Shown one piece after another: positions 49,619-60,000 of a stretch of 60,000 nt of DNA. The translations under genes were made by a program, and so were the position numbers. Position 1 is the stretch's first letter. Every line of letters starts with the position of its first letter. Source of the DNA: Laetmonice hystrix. Its lineage: Eukaryota. The stretch covers positions 30,010,001 through 30,070,000 of the forward strand of contig OZ249436.1 of assembly GCA_965235115.1 (NCBI GenBank), given 5' to 3'. The notes under the pieces were generated by a model that saw only the letters and a list, made by a program, of their open reading frames with translations, was not told the origin of the DNA and searched no databases.

Positions 49619-49841
49619 TACTAAGTGCTGAACCCACCAAGGCGATTCCCCTTGCGACGCCCATGGGATTTTGACACCACCCTTTTATTTTACTGTAATT
49701 TTGAGATTAAAGGATGGAAGCCATTTCCTGAAAGGGAGAAGGCCAGCCAGGAAAAATTTTTAGAGTGAAATTCCACCATTAAATCAAAAATCGCACGGCC
49801 GTCGCAAGGGGAATCGCCTTGGTGGGTTCAGCACTTTAGTA
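49619..49841. mobile_element. MITE with ~40-bp TIRs
   Basis: AAGTGCTGAACCCACCAAGGCGATTCCCCTTGCGACG and its exact inverse at 49800-49836. Confidence 0.85.
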
Positions 49842-50134
49842 AAACGGTCTGAAGAAATCGTCACCACGGTCGCAAGATTTGGCGAAAATTATATTCCCCA
49901 AAGTCGGCGATCGGCAATCTTAAAGGGCAGTAAATTTTGTGCATGTTCAAAAGTGGTCGCCGCTCATGGCGCTCTTGGTGACCATAATGACCACCCAGGG
50001 AGACACTATTTCGCTCCTACGACGCTCAGAAGGACCTCATGGCACTCTATCCGCGCTCTACGGCGATCTGGCCCATTTTCTAAAGCGCAGCTAGATCGCC
50101 TTCTAGTGTGATGGGGGTATAAAAACCGCAGTAA

Positions 50135-53100
50135 TACCCCCATCACACTGGATAAAGACCTAACTAATAGTTAACTTGCCAAAGTAACTGTGGCAGCAAG
50201 GGGTAGGGGGTTAGGCTGCATTGTTATTGCCAAGGTACTGTGGCAGCAAGGGGTAGGGCGTTAGGCTGCAATGTTTGGATTACCAAATTACTGTTGCCAC
50301 TGGTGTCCACTTTTTCCAAGTGTTCCATATTACTATACAGATTCAGGCCAAATTACCACAGGCTGTTTTACTGTAACTCGCGAAGGAAGTTCTGAAAGGC
50401 AGCAAGGGGCAAGGCGTTAGGCTGCATTGTTATTGCCAAAGTACTTTGGCAGCAAGCGGCAAAGGGTTACGCTGCATTGCTATTGCCAAAGTACTGTGGC
50501 AGCAAGGGGCAAGGCGTTAGGCTGCATGGTTATTGCCAAAGTACTGTGGCAGCAAGGGGCAGGGGGTTAGGCTGTATTGTTATTGCCAAGGTACTGTGGC
50601 AGCAAGGGGTAGGGCGTTAGGCTGCATTGTTATTGCCAAGGTACTGTGACAGCAAGGGGCAGGGCGTTAGGCTGCATTGTTATTGCCAAAGTACTGTGGC
50701 AGCAAGGGGCAAGGCGTTAGGCTGCAATGTTATTGCCAAAGTAATGTGGTAGCAAGAGGTAGGGGGCTGCATTGCTATTGCCAAAGTACTGTGGCAGCAA
50801 GGGGCAGGGCGTTAGGCTGCATTGTTATTGCCAAGGTACTGTGGCAGCAAGGGGCAGGGCGTTACACTGCATTGTTATTGCCAAAGTAATGTGGTAGCAA
50901 GAGGTAGGGTGTTAGGCTGCATTGTTATTGCCAAAGTACTGTGGCAGCAAGGGGTAGGGGGTTATGCTGCATTGTCATTGCCAAAGTACTGTGGCAGCAA
51001 GGGGAAGGGCTTAAGGCTGCATTGTTATTGCCAAAGTACGGTGGCAGCAAGGGGCAAGGCGTTAGGCTGTATTGTTATTGCCAAGGTACTGTGGCAGCAA
51101 GGGGTAGGGGGTTAGGCTGTATTGTTATTGCCAAAGTAACTGTGGCAGCAAGGGGTAGGGGGTTATGCTGCATTGTTATTGCCAAAGTAATTTGGTAGCG
51201 AGAGGTAGGGGGTTAGGCTGCATTGTTATTGCCAAAGTACTGTGGCAGCAACGGGCAAGGGGTTAGGCTGCATTGTTATTGCCAAAGTACTGTGGCAGCA
51301 AGGGGCAGGGCGTTAGGCTGCATGGTTATTGCCAAAGTACTGTGGCATCAAGGGGCAGGGGTTTAGGCTGTATTGTCATTGCCAAAGTAACTGTGGCAGC
51401 AAGTGGTAGGGGGTTAGGCTGCATTGTTATTGCCAAAGTACTGTGGCAGCAAGGGTAGGCTGCATTGTTATTGCCAAAGTACTGTGGCAGCAAGGGGCAA
51501 GGCGTTAGGCTGCATGGTTATTGCCAAAGTACTGTGGCAGCAAGCGGCAGGGGGTTAGGCTGTATTGTTATTGCCAAAGTAACTATGGCAACAAGGGGTA
51601 GGGGGTTAGGCTGCATTGTTATTGCCAAGGTACTGTGGCAGCAAGGGGTAGGGCGTTAGGCTGCATTGTTATTGCCAAAGTAATGTGGTAGCAAGAGGTA
51701 GGGGGTTAGGCTGCATTGTTATTGCCAAAGTACTGTGGCAGCAACGGGCATGGGGTTAGGCTGCATTGTTATTGCCAAAGTACTGTGGTAGCAAGGGGCA
51801 GGGCGTTAGGCTGCATTGTTATTGCCAAAGTACTGTGGCAGCAAGGGGTTAGGCTGCATTGTTATTGCCAAAGTACTGTGGCAGCAAGGGGTAGGGCTTA
51901 AGGCTGCATTGCTATTGCCAAAGTACTGTGGCAGCAAGGGGCAAGGCGTTAGGCTGCATTGTTATTGCCAAAGTACTGTGGCAGCAAGGGGTAGGGGGTA
52001 TCATAATCACATGGCAAAATGATTTTAACTTCGCTCTGAGTTACCGTTAATCATGTCAAATAATGTAGAAATGAACTAAGCTTATCCCCTCTGGGATCCG
52101 TATGTCTTGTCTTCCTGGGTGTTTTTGTAGATACGTCTTCACAGTTTCTGAGGCGTATATGTGATAAACAACATTCTGACCCGGCTTGTACTGGTCAAAT
52201 GCCTCAGAAAAGCTATGGTCCGTCGGAAACGTGTCACCCAGCTTCATTACAGCTGGACTAGTCAAGATTAGTCTAGTCACCTCCTGGTCCTAGTCTTGGC
52301 TCCAAAAAGAATAGGTCATATGTAACAAAGCTTCTGATTGGTACTTTGACAATAGCGTTTTGGTCGTTTTCCACCCAAAGTACTTTGGCAGTAGACACTC
52401 CGTAAATTTAATTGGGCGAGTAGTTGCCGATCGGTAGTACGGCAGGTTCCCGACTATCGTACGAAAATTGTCCGTTCAATGAAAATTATTGAAGACTTAT
52501 GGGCAACCACTCGTTGGAATGTTGTCAAATAATCCGCAAGTGGTCGGCGATTTATCGGCGATAATGAACGACTAGTTGCAGAATAGCTGCCGATGTTCGT
52601 ACGGTGCTCGGCAGTCTCTCAAAGAGTACTATAGGGGGTATAAATATGGGGCTGCCTGGAGGAATCGCTCAGTATTCCACAAGCTGTTGAAGACGAAACA
52701 TCCCAACATGGTTCTGCCATTTCAACCAAGACAACTCCGGATGCTGGGATTGATGCTGCAACACGAAGAGGAAAATGACGCTGCTGCATTTGGCTCTTCT
52801 CTGACTTTGTGGTTTGATGGGGACCACCTTTAGTCTCCATCACTAGGGGCTCTTCCCTCTCTTCCTTGTCCTCACTTGCCACTTGTTTGGGCATGGGCAT
52901 GGGCATCAGGCTGCCATCACTGTTATTGTCTGTCTCGGCTCGTCTAGCTCTCTTACCCTTGCCCCTCGCCTTCTTGGAGACTCCCTAGGGCATGGTTTTA
53001 GTATTTTGGATGTGAATGAGCAGACAGGTTGTCTTTCTTGCAAGGTGAAGAGGGAATTGTCCACTGCTGTGCGCACCAATTTATACTGTCCTGTCAAGTG

Positions 53101-53541
53101 GTCCACGAACGGTAGACGACAGATCAGCGGGTAGTTGTTGTTGATTGGCCAATGGTCGGCGATTGCTTGTGTATATTTCGCCAACTGATTGCCGGTCAGT
53201 TGCTGGGGTTTGCCGACCAAAAACTGCTCGGCAAGAGCCGGCAGACAGTCTGAGACCAGTCTGAGAAATGTCGCCCAGCCTTGGACAAACGATTGAAGAC
53301 AAGAAAAACCTTTTCCCGACCAGTTTGGTCGGCAGAAGGTTTTTTATGCAGCAGCATAAACCTCCAGCCGACCAAAATGCTCCAACAACCACTTACCGAA
53401 CACTGGTAACCTTTTACAGACTGCCAGAAACCTGTATACAACCTCTGCCAACCAACTACCGACCAGTGGTTGTCAGAAGTCGGCAATAGGTCGTACCTCC
53501 TGTGTGACTGGGGTAGGTCTTCATCCAGTGTGATAGGGGTA
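50135..53541. mobile_element. Candidate Harbinger-like TIR element enclosing the 50-bp satellite
   Basis: TACCCCCATCACACTGGATAAAGACCTA versus the inverse of TAGGTCTTCATCCAGTGTGATAGGGGTA (26/28); TSD not clean. Confidence 0.55.
50176..52000. repeat. Tandem repeat, ~50-bp unit, ~34 copies (short interruption ~50273-50397)
   Basis: TTGCCAAAGTACTGTGGCAGCAAGGGGCAGGGCGTTAGGCTGCATTGTTA repeated. Confidence 0.95.
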
Positions 53542-53610
53542 AATGTAACCTGTGGGTGTGGGCGTGTGTGTGCGGGGGGGGGGGGGTGGGGGGGGGGGGG
53601 GGGCTGGAAG

Positions 53611-53938
53611 ATGTGGGTGTCTGGAATTGAATGGAATGGAGTGGAGGTGAGGTGTGTGTCTGGCCTGGAATGGAGTGGAGGTGGGGTGTGGGTGTCTGGC
53701 TTGGAATGGAGTGGAGGTGGGGTGTGGGTGTCTGGCTTGGAATGGAGTGGAGGTGGGGTGTGGGTGTCTGGCCTGGAATGGAGTGGAGGTGGGGTGTGGG
53801 TGTCTGGCCTGGAATGGAGTGGAGGTGGGGTGTGGGTGTCTGGCCTGGAATGGAGTGGAGGTGGGGTGTGGGTGTCTGGGAATGGAGTGGAGGTGGGGTG
53901 TGGGTGTCTGGCCTGGAATGGAGTGGAGGTGGGGTGTG
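53611..53938. repeat. G-rich tandem repeat, 36-bp unit, ~9 copies, next to poly-G runs
   Basis: GTGTGGGTGTCTGGCCTGGAATGGAGTGGAGGTGGG repeated. Confidence 0.95.
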
Positions 53939-55767
53939 CAGTCATGGAGTGAGGGGGCGCTGGAAGATTCGGGGTGTCCGGCCCTGGATCTAAACCGCTT
54001 GGCTTGTTTTCAACAAATATTCGAAATAGGACACCTTCTTGTCGCCTAGATTTATCTGTATAGGTCTACTCGCCACTCCTTCATATATTTAATATATATG
54101 TAAACGGAAGTATAAGCAGGAAAATGAACAGAAAGTATTGAAGCGAAGATAAGATATAAAAAAAATCATCGTTCTCTTGCAAATAATGACCAGAAAATCG
54201 AAAGAAACCAGGTTTTTTTTCAATTCAATGGAAAGTATTCGATTTTGCCCGCAAGGAAATACACTTAAAATGAAGAAATAGTGCCAGTATATTCTATAGT
54301 TAACGACTACAAGTATCATATAAATGGGTTTCAAGGATGTCGAATTTAGATTTATATTGTTTCATTTTAAAGTGAATGCAACCCTTTTAAAAATTCGCAT
54401 TAGCGTGTTTTACCTATAATTCCTTTTAATTCAAATATCGATCCTTTTTCGGTATTTACCTTAACTACACCTCTGCCCCTGACAAAAACATTGAGTAATT
54501 ATTTTCAGGGGGCTGAGGGTACTTTTCCACAAAATCCACAGGGAAACACCAATTTTCAGAATGAAATGCCAGTGCATGGTGAAGAGAAATATAATTTATT
54601 TTCGTCTGATCGGGCAACGCTTCATGCCTCGTATAGTGCATTATTGATATTATTAGAATACGTCCCGAATACAGTAGTCCATGCATTACTGTATTGTATG
54701 CAGATGATCCAGGTGTATGGCCAGGTGATCTACGTGCATTTCTATATTACATGTTTTGCAAAACTTGGCAGGTGAACGTCCGTCTGAAAGAAAAGGTATA
54801 GAACATATTAAGAACATGGGGGTGTTTCATAAACTGGTGTCGTTAGTCGTCATTGTCGGACGTTGACGACACTGGCTGGACGATCTTCGCCCGACCTGTC
54901 GTTCATTTCGTTTCATAAAAATTATCGTCCACAACAAATGTAGTTAGTAAGTAAATCGACGATTTTGTCGTCCGACACTTGTAAACGTCGTAGGTGCTGT
55001 CGTCAAAAATATAGTTGTAGTGTCGCACGATTCCACGACATGTAACGTAACGATGGTATTGAGGAAGTCACGTGACCTCGAACATGGGTCTGAATATAGG
55101 GCTATAACTCAACAAAGGTGCAAGATAGAGTCAAACTTACTATAGAATATGTATAGGAAGTCATATATGCTCTTTCATTATACACCATTATTTTTTAGGT
55201 CACATGACCTATGACGTCATCAGGAGATGATCTATATATTCAGAGGTCTATAACTTGTAAATGGTTGAACTTAGGGTCATAGTTACTACTGAACACTAAT
55301 AGGAAGTCATATATGCTCTTCTGTTTGGCACCATTATTTTTTAGGTCACGTGACCTATGACATCATCAGGAGAGTATCTATATATTCACAGGGCTATAAC
55401 TCATGGTTGAACGTAGAGCCACAGTTACTATTAAATGCTAATAGGAAGTCGCATATGCTCTTTCCTTTGACACCATTTTTTAGGTCACATGACCTATGAC
55501 CTTATAAGGATATGATCTTTCTTTTCTTATGGGTGTAACTTGTAAATGGTTGAAGATAAAACCATAGTTCCTAGTAAACACTGGTAGAAAGTCATAAGGA
55601 GGTAATCTATATTTTCTCAAGGCTATAACTTGTAAATGGTCTAACTTGGACCCATAGTTACTATTCAACACCAATAGACATATTTTTAGGTCACGTGACC
55701 TATGACGTATGCCTGCTATAACACAATGATATGACATAATACATAGGCCTAAGTTATCACCGTGTAT

Positions 55768-55835
55768 GGTTGGCTCCGTGTTAGAGTGTAGGACCTTCAT
55801 GGCAGACGTCTGGGGGTCGAATCCCAGCCGATACA
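55768..55835 (+). pseudogene. tRNA-derived relic inside the TIR element (mirror copy ~59262-59330 on the - strand)
   Basis: A-box-like TGGCTCCGTGTTAG and B-box-like GG(G/T)TCGAATCC at tRNA spacing; no convincing cloverleaf. Confidence 0.45.
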
Positions 55836-56430
55836 AATCTTTTTATTTTTTATTTAGTTCATCATTGTTGATTAGTACTATAGTCATTATTTTACAGCAA
55901 GACAAGAATTATATGTGTGCAGGGGTGGCGTAGTGACACAATTTAGGAGGCCAGAGTTTATTTAATTTTTTTCCTAATATGCGACATTGAAATAATTATG
56001 TTAAAATTTTCAATAAATCTTACATGCCAAACAGCTGGAAACACTACAGGTATTTATCAGATATATTAAAGTTATAAATTCATTACATACCTTTCCTTTT
56101 ACATTAAACAATATATATGTATTCGTTGAATGGCAGTTAACCCTCCACATCTGGGGTCCTGTGCAGTGAGTGGTGCATTACCCTCCTCTTTCATATGCAC
56201 CACAAAGCTCCACTGCAGATTGCCGATCAATTCTATATACCGTCTTAGAAACTGATGGACCGGGAAGTGGCCGATTGGGTCCAGACGCGGGTGGTATATT
56301 TTCGGCGCCTTATCTCTTCTCACTTCTAACACGTGCCCTCCTTCCGCCATGTTGAAGTTTGAAGTTTGAACCCACATATTGGGTTTCAAAAAGAGGCCCT
56401 GCGCCTCTTTTTAAAATCCTACGACACCCC

Positions 56431-58049
56431 TGTTACAACCGCTAATGTAATAACGCCCACTATTGTAATAACTGGGGTGCTAGGGGGGTACCAGGGAAGT
56501 ACCACCAGAGTACCGGACAGGACCGGGGGAGCATTTTTGGGGTACCCTCTGAGTACCCTCTGGGTACCCAGAGGGTACCAACCGGGGGGGTACCAGGGAA
56601 ATACTACTGGAGTACCGGACAGGACCAGGTGAGCATTTTGGGGGTACCCCCTGAGTACCATCTGGGTACCCCCTGGGTACCCTGGGTACCCTCAGGTACC
56701 GATCTGGTCAGTAGCTCTTGAACAAAGTTTTATTACAATAGCGGTTACGAATTCTGGCGAACGCAACCGCTATTGTAATAACTGGGGTGCTAGGGGGGTA
56801 CCAGGGAAGTACCACCAGAGTACCGGACAGGACCAGGTGAGCATTTTGGGGGTACCCCCTGAGTACCATCTGGGTACCCCCTGGGTACCCTCAGGTACCG
56901 ATCTGGTCGGTAGCCCTTGAACAAAGTTTTATTACAATAGCGGTTGCGAATTCTGGCGAACGCAACCGCTATTGTAATAACTGGGGTGCTAGGGGGGTAC
57001 CAGGGAAGTACCACCAGAGTACCGGACAGGACCAGGTGAGCATTTTGGGGGTACCCCCTGAGTACCATCTGGGTACCCCCTGGGTACCCTCAGGTACCGA
57101 TCTGGTCGGTAGCCCTTGAACAAATTTTATTACAATAGCGGTTGCGAATTCTGGCGAACGCAACCGCTATTGTAATAACTGGGGTGCTAGGGGGGTACCA
57201 GGGAAGTGCCACCAGAGTACCGGACAGGACCAGGTGAGCATTTTGGGGGTACCCCCTGAGTACCATCTGGGTACCCCCTGGGTACCCTCAGGTACCGATC
57301 TGGTCGGTAGCCCTTGAACAAAGTTTTATTACAATAGCGGTTGCGAATTCTGGCGAACGCAACCGCTATTGTAATAACTGGGGTGCTAGGGGGGTACCAG
57401 GGAAGTACCACCAGAGTACCGGACAGGACCAGGTGAGCATTTTGGGGGTACCCCCTGAGTACCATCTGGGTACCCCCTGGGTACCCTCAGGTACCGATCT
57501 GGTCGGTAGCCCTTGAACAAAGTTTTATTACAATAGCGGTTGCGAATTCTGGCGAACGCAACCGCTATTGTAATAACTGGGGTGCTAGGGGGGTACCAGG
57601 GAAGTACCACCAGAGTACCGGACAGGACCAGGTGAGCATTTTGGGGGTACCCCCTGAGTACCATCTGGGTACCCCCTGGGTACCCTCAGGTACCGATCTG
57701 GTCGGTAGCCCTTGAACAAATTTTATTACAATAGCGGTTGCGAATTCTGGCGAACGCAACCGCTATTGTAATAACTGGGGTGCTAGGGGGGTACCAGGGA
57801 AGTACCACATGGTACTCAGGGGGTACCCCCAAAATGCTCACCTGGTCCTGTCCGGTACTCCAGTAGTATTTCCCTGGTACCCCCCGGTTGGTACCCTCTG
57901 GGTACCCAGGGGGTACCCAGAGGGTACTCAGAGGGTACCCCAAAAATGCTGCCCTGGTCCTGTCCGGTACTCTGGTGGTACTTCCCTGGTACCCCCCTAT
58001 CACCCCAGTTATTACAATAGTGGGCGTTATTACATTAGCGGTTGTAACA
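56431..58049. mobile_element. TGT...ACA foldback element (Ginger-like termini) with ~230-bp TIRs, 6-bp TSD and internal ~199-bp tandem array
   Basis: TGTTACAACCGCTAATGTAATAACGCCCACTATTGTAATAACTGGGGTG and exact inverse; CACCCC at 56425-30 and 58050-55; absent from the mirror copy at ~58650; about 6 GGTACC-rich units. Confidence 0.9.
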
Positions 58050-58442
58050 CACCCCCCCTGGGGTGTCGCCGGTTACCACAGTAATACTGTCGCACGATTC
58101 CTGTAGTTAGTCGTACGATTTCTTTATGAAACAGAAAGTAACTACAGTAAACCCATCGGTAGTTGTTTCTATCGTGCGACACTACAGTAATATTATGAAA
58201 CACGACAGCATCGTGCGACACTGTAGTTAGTCGTGCTACTAACGACACCGGTTTATGAAACACCCCCCATATCTTTACTGAACCAAAGATATACGTATAA
58301 CTTACACCACGATATTTTGAAGTAGTATGCCACATTAACTGGACTGTCACACTAAAACCAGTTTAAAGATAATATAATACATAGACCTGAATATTATTCA
58401 GGTCTATGTAGGCCTGTAATAGTGACAGGAGAAAAGGTCCAT

Positions 58443-60000
58443 GGGGGTGTTTCATAAACCGGTGTCGTTAGTCGCACGACTAACTACAGTGTCGCACGAT
58501 GCTGTCGTGTTTCATAATATTACTGTAGTGTCGCACGATAGAAAAAACTACCGATGGGTTTACTGTAGTTACTTTCTGTTTCATAAAGAAATCGTACGAC
58601 TAACTACGGGAATCGTGCGAAAGTATTACTGTGGTAACCGGCAACACCCCGGGGGGGGGGGGGGTGTCGTAGGATTTTAAAAAGAGGCGCAGGGCCTCTT
58701 TTTGAAACCCAATATGTGGGTTCAAACTTCAAACTTCAACATGGCGGAAGGAGGTCACGTGGTAGAAGTGAGAAGAGATAAGGCGCCGAAAATATACCAC
58801 CCGCGTCTGGACCCAATCGGCCACTTCCCGGTCCATCAGTTTCTAAGACGGTATATAGAATTGATCGGCAATCTGCAGTGGAGCTTTGTGGTGCATATGA
58901 AAGAGGAGGGTAATGCACCACTCACTGCACAGGACCCCAGATGTGGAGGGTTAACTGCCATTCAACGAATACGTATACATGTATATTATTTAATGTGAAA
59001 GGAAAGGTATGTAATGAATTTATAACTTTAATATATCTGATAAATACCTGTAGTGTTTCCAGCTGTTTGGCATGTAAGATTTATTGAAAATTTTAACATA
59101 ATTATTTCAATGTCGGATATCAGGAAAAAAATTAAATAAACTCTGGCCTCCTAAACTGTGTCACTACGCCACCCCTGCACACATATAATTCTTGTCTTGC
59201 TGTAAAATAATGACTATAGTACTAATCAACAATGATGAACTAAATAAAAAATAAAAAGATTTGTATCGGCTGGGATTCGAACCCGAGACATCTGCCATGA
59301 AGGTCCTACACTCTAACAGGGAGCCAACCATACACGGTGATAACTTAGGCCTATGTATTATGTCATATCATTGTGTTATAGCAGGCATACGTCATAGGTC
59401 ACGTGACCTAAAAATATGTCTATTGGTGTTGAATAGGAACTATGGGTCCAAGTTCGACCATTTACAAGTTATAGCCTTGAGAAAATATAGATTACCTCCT
59501 TATGACTTTCTACCAGTGTTTACTAGGAACTATGGTTTTATCTTCAACCATTTACAAGTTACACCCATAAGAAAAGAAAGATCATATCCTTATAAGGTCA
59601 TAGGTCATGTGACCTAAAAAATGGTGTCAAAGGAAAGAGCATATGCGACTTCCTATTAGCATTTAATAGTAACTGTGGCTCTACGTTCAACCAGTCACAA
59701 GTTATAGCCCTGTGAATATATAGATAATCTCCTGATGATGTCATAGGTCACGTGACCTAAAAAATAATGGTGCCAAACAGAAGAGCATATGACTTCCTAT
59801 TAGTGTTCAGTAGTAACTATGACCCTAAGTTCAACCATTTACAAGTTATAGACCTCTGAATATATAGATCATCTCCTGATGACGTCATAGGTCATGTGAC
59901 CTAAAAAATAATGGTGTATAATGAAAGAGCATATATGACTTCCTATACATAATCTATAGTAAGTTTGACTCTATCTTGCACCTTTGTTGAGTTATAGCCC
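58443..60000. mobile_element. Composite TIR element, copy B, inverted relative to copy A; runs off the window
   Basis: 58441-~58665 mirrors 58270-58050 and ~58665-60000 mirrors 56430-~55098 at very high identity (see the near-identical paired ORF translations 55480/59261 and 56099/58702). Confidence 0.9.

Larger units (their letters stand above)
54818..58268. mobile_element. Composite non-autonomous TIR element, copy A (interrupted by 56431-58049)
   Basis: GGGGGTGTTTCATAAACTGGTGTCGTTAGT versus ACTAACGACACCGGTTTATGAAACACCCCC; interior has ~128-bp-period GGTCACGTGACCTATGA / ATAGGAAGTCATATATG repeats at ~55065-55710. Confidence 0.8.

Noticed and set aside
53196..54049. Proline-rich extensin-like or Gly/Trp-rich ORFs
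   Set aside because: Products of the 36-bp G-rich repeat and poly-G runs.
55768..55835. Functional tRNA gene
   Set aside because: A and B boxes are present, but the anticodon and acceptor stems do not pair convincingly and it sits inside a repeat.
56700..57810. CRISPR-like array (regular palindromic repeats)
   Set aside because: The sequences between hairpins are identical rather than unique spacers, there are no cas genes, and the context is eukaryotic.

Overview
This is eukaryotic, repeat-saturated DNA from an invertebrate animal (the repeat families look lophotrochozoan-like; this is inference). I found no recognisable host gene, rRNA, intact tRNA or CRISPR array, and almost all short ORFs in the track are translations of tandem repeats or antisense shadows. 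The window is a nested stack of mobile elements. (1) A decayed tyrosine-recombinase retrotransposon (Ngaro/PAT-like) with an SGNH hydrolase ORF placed 5' of gag (13.2-17.1 kb). (2) An internally deleted Gypsy-type LTR element retaining integrase plus a baculovirus-F/errantivirus-type envelope gene (23.65-30.23 kb); it is interrupted by a TTAA piggyBac-like insert and sits inside a split RTEX-like LINE. (3) A second Gypsy RT-RNase H relic. (4) An apparently full-length single-ORF CR1-group LINE. (5) Many non-autonomous TIR elements (Tc1/mariner-, Kolobok-, Harbinger-, Sola2-, hAT- and Ginger-like), several carrying internal minisatellite arrays. (6) About ten tandem repeats. (7) A large near-identical inverted duplication at the right end. 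The most interesting signals are the env-bearing Gypsy element and the co-orientation of all protein-coding retroelement relics on the + strand. All family assignments come from motif recognition by eye, not database searches.
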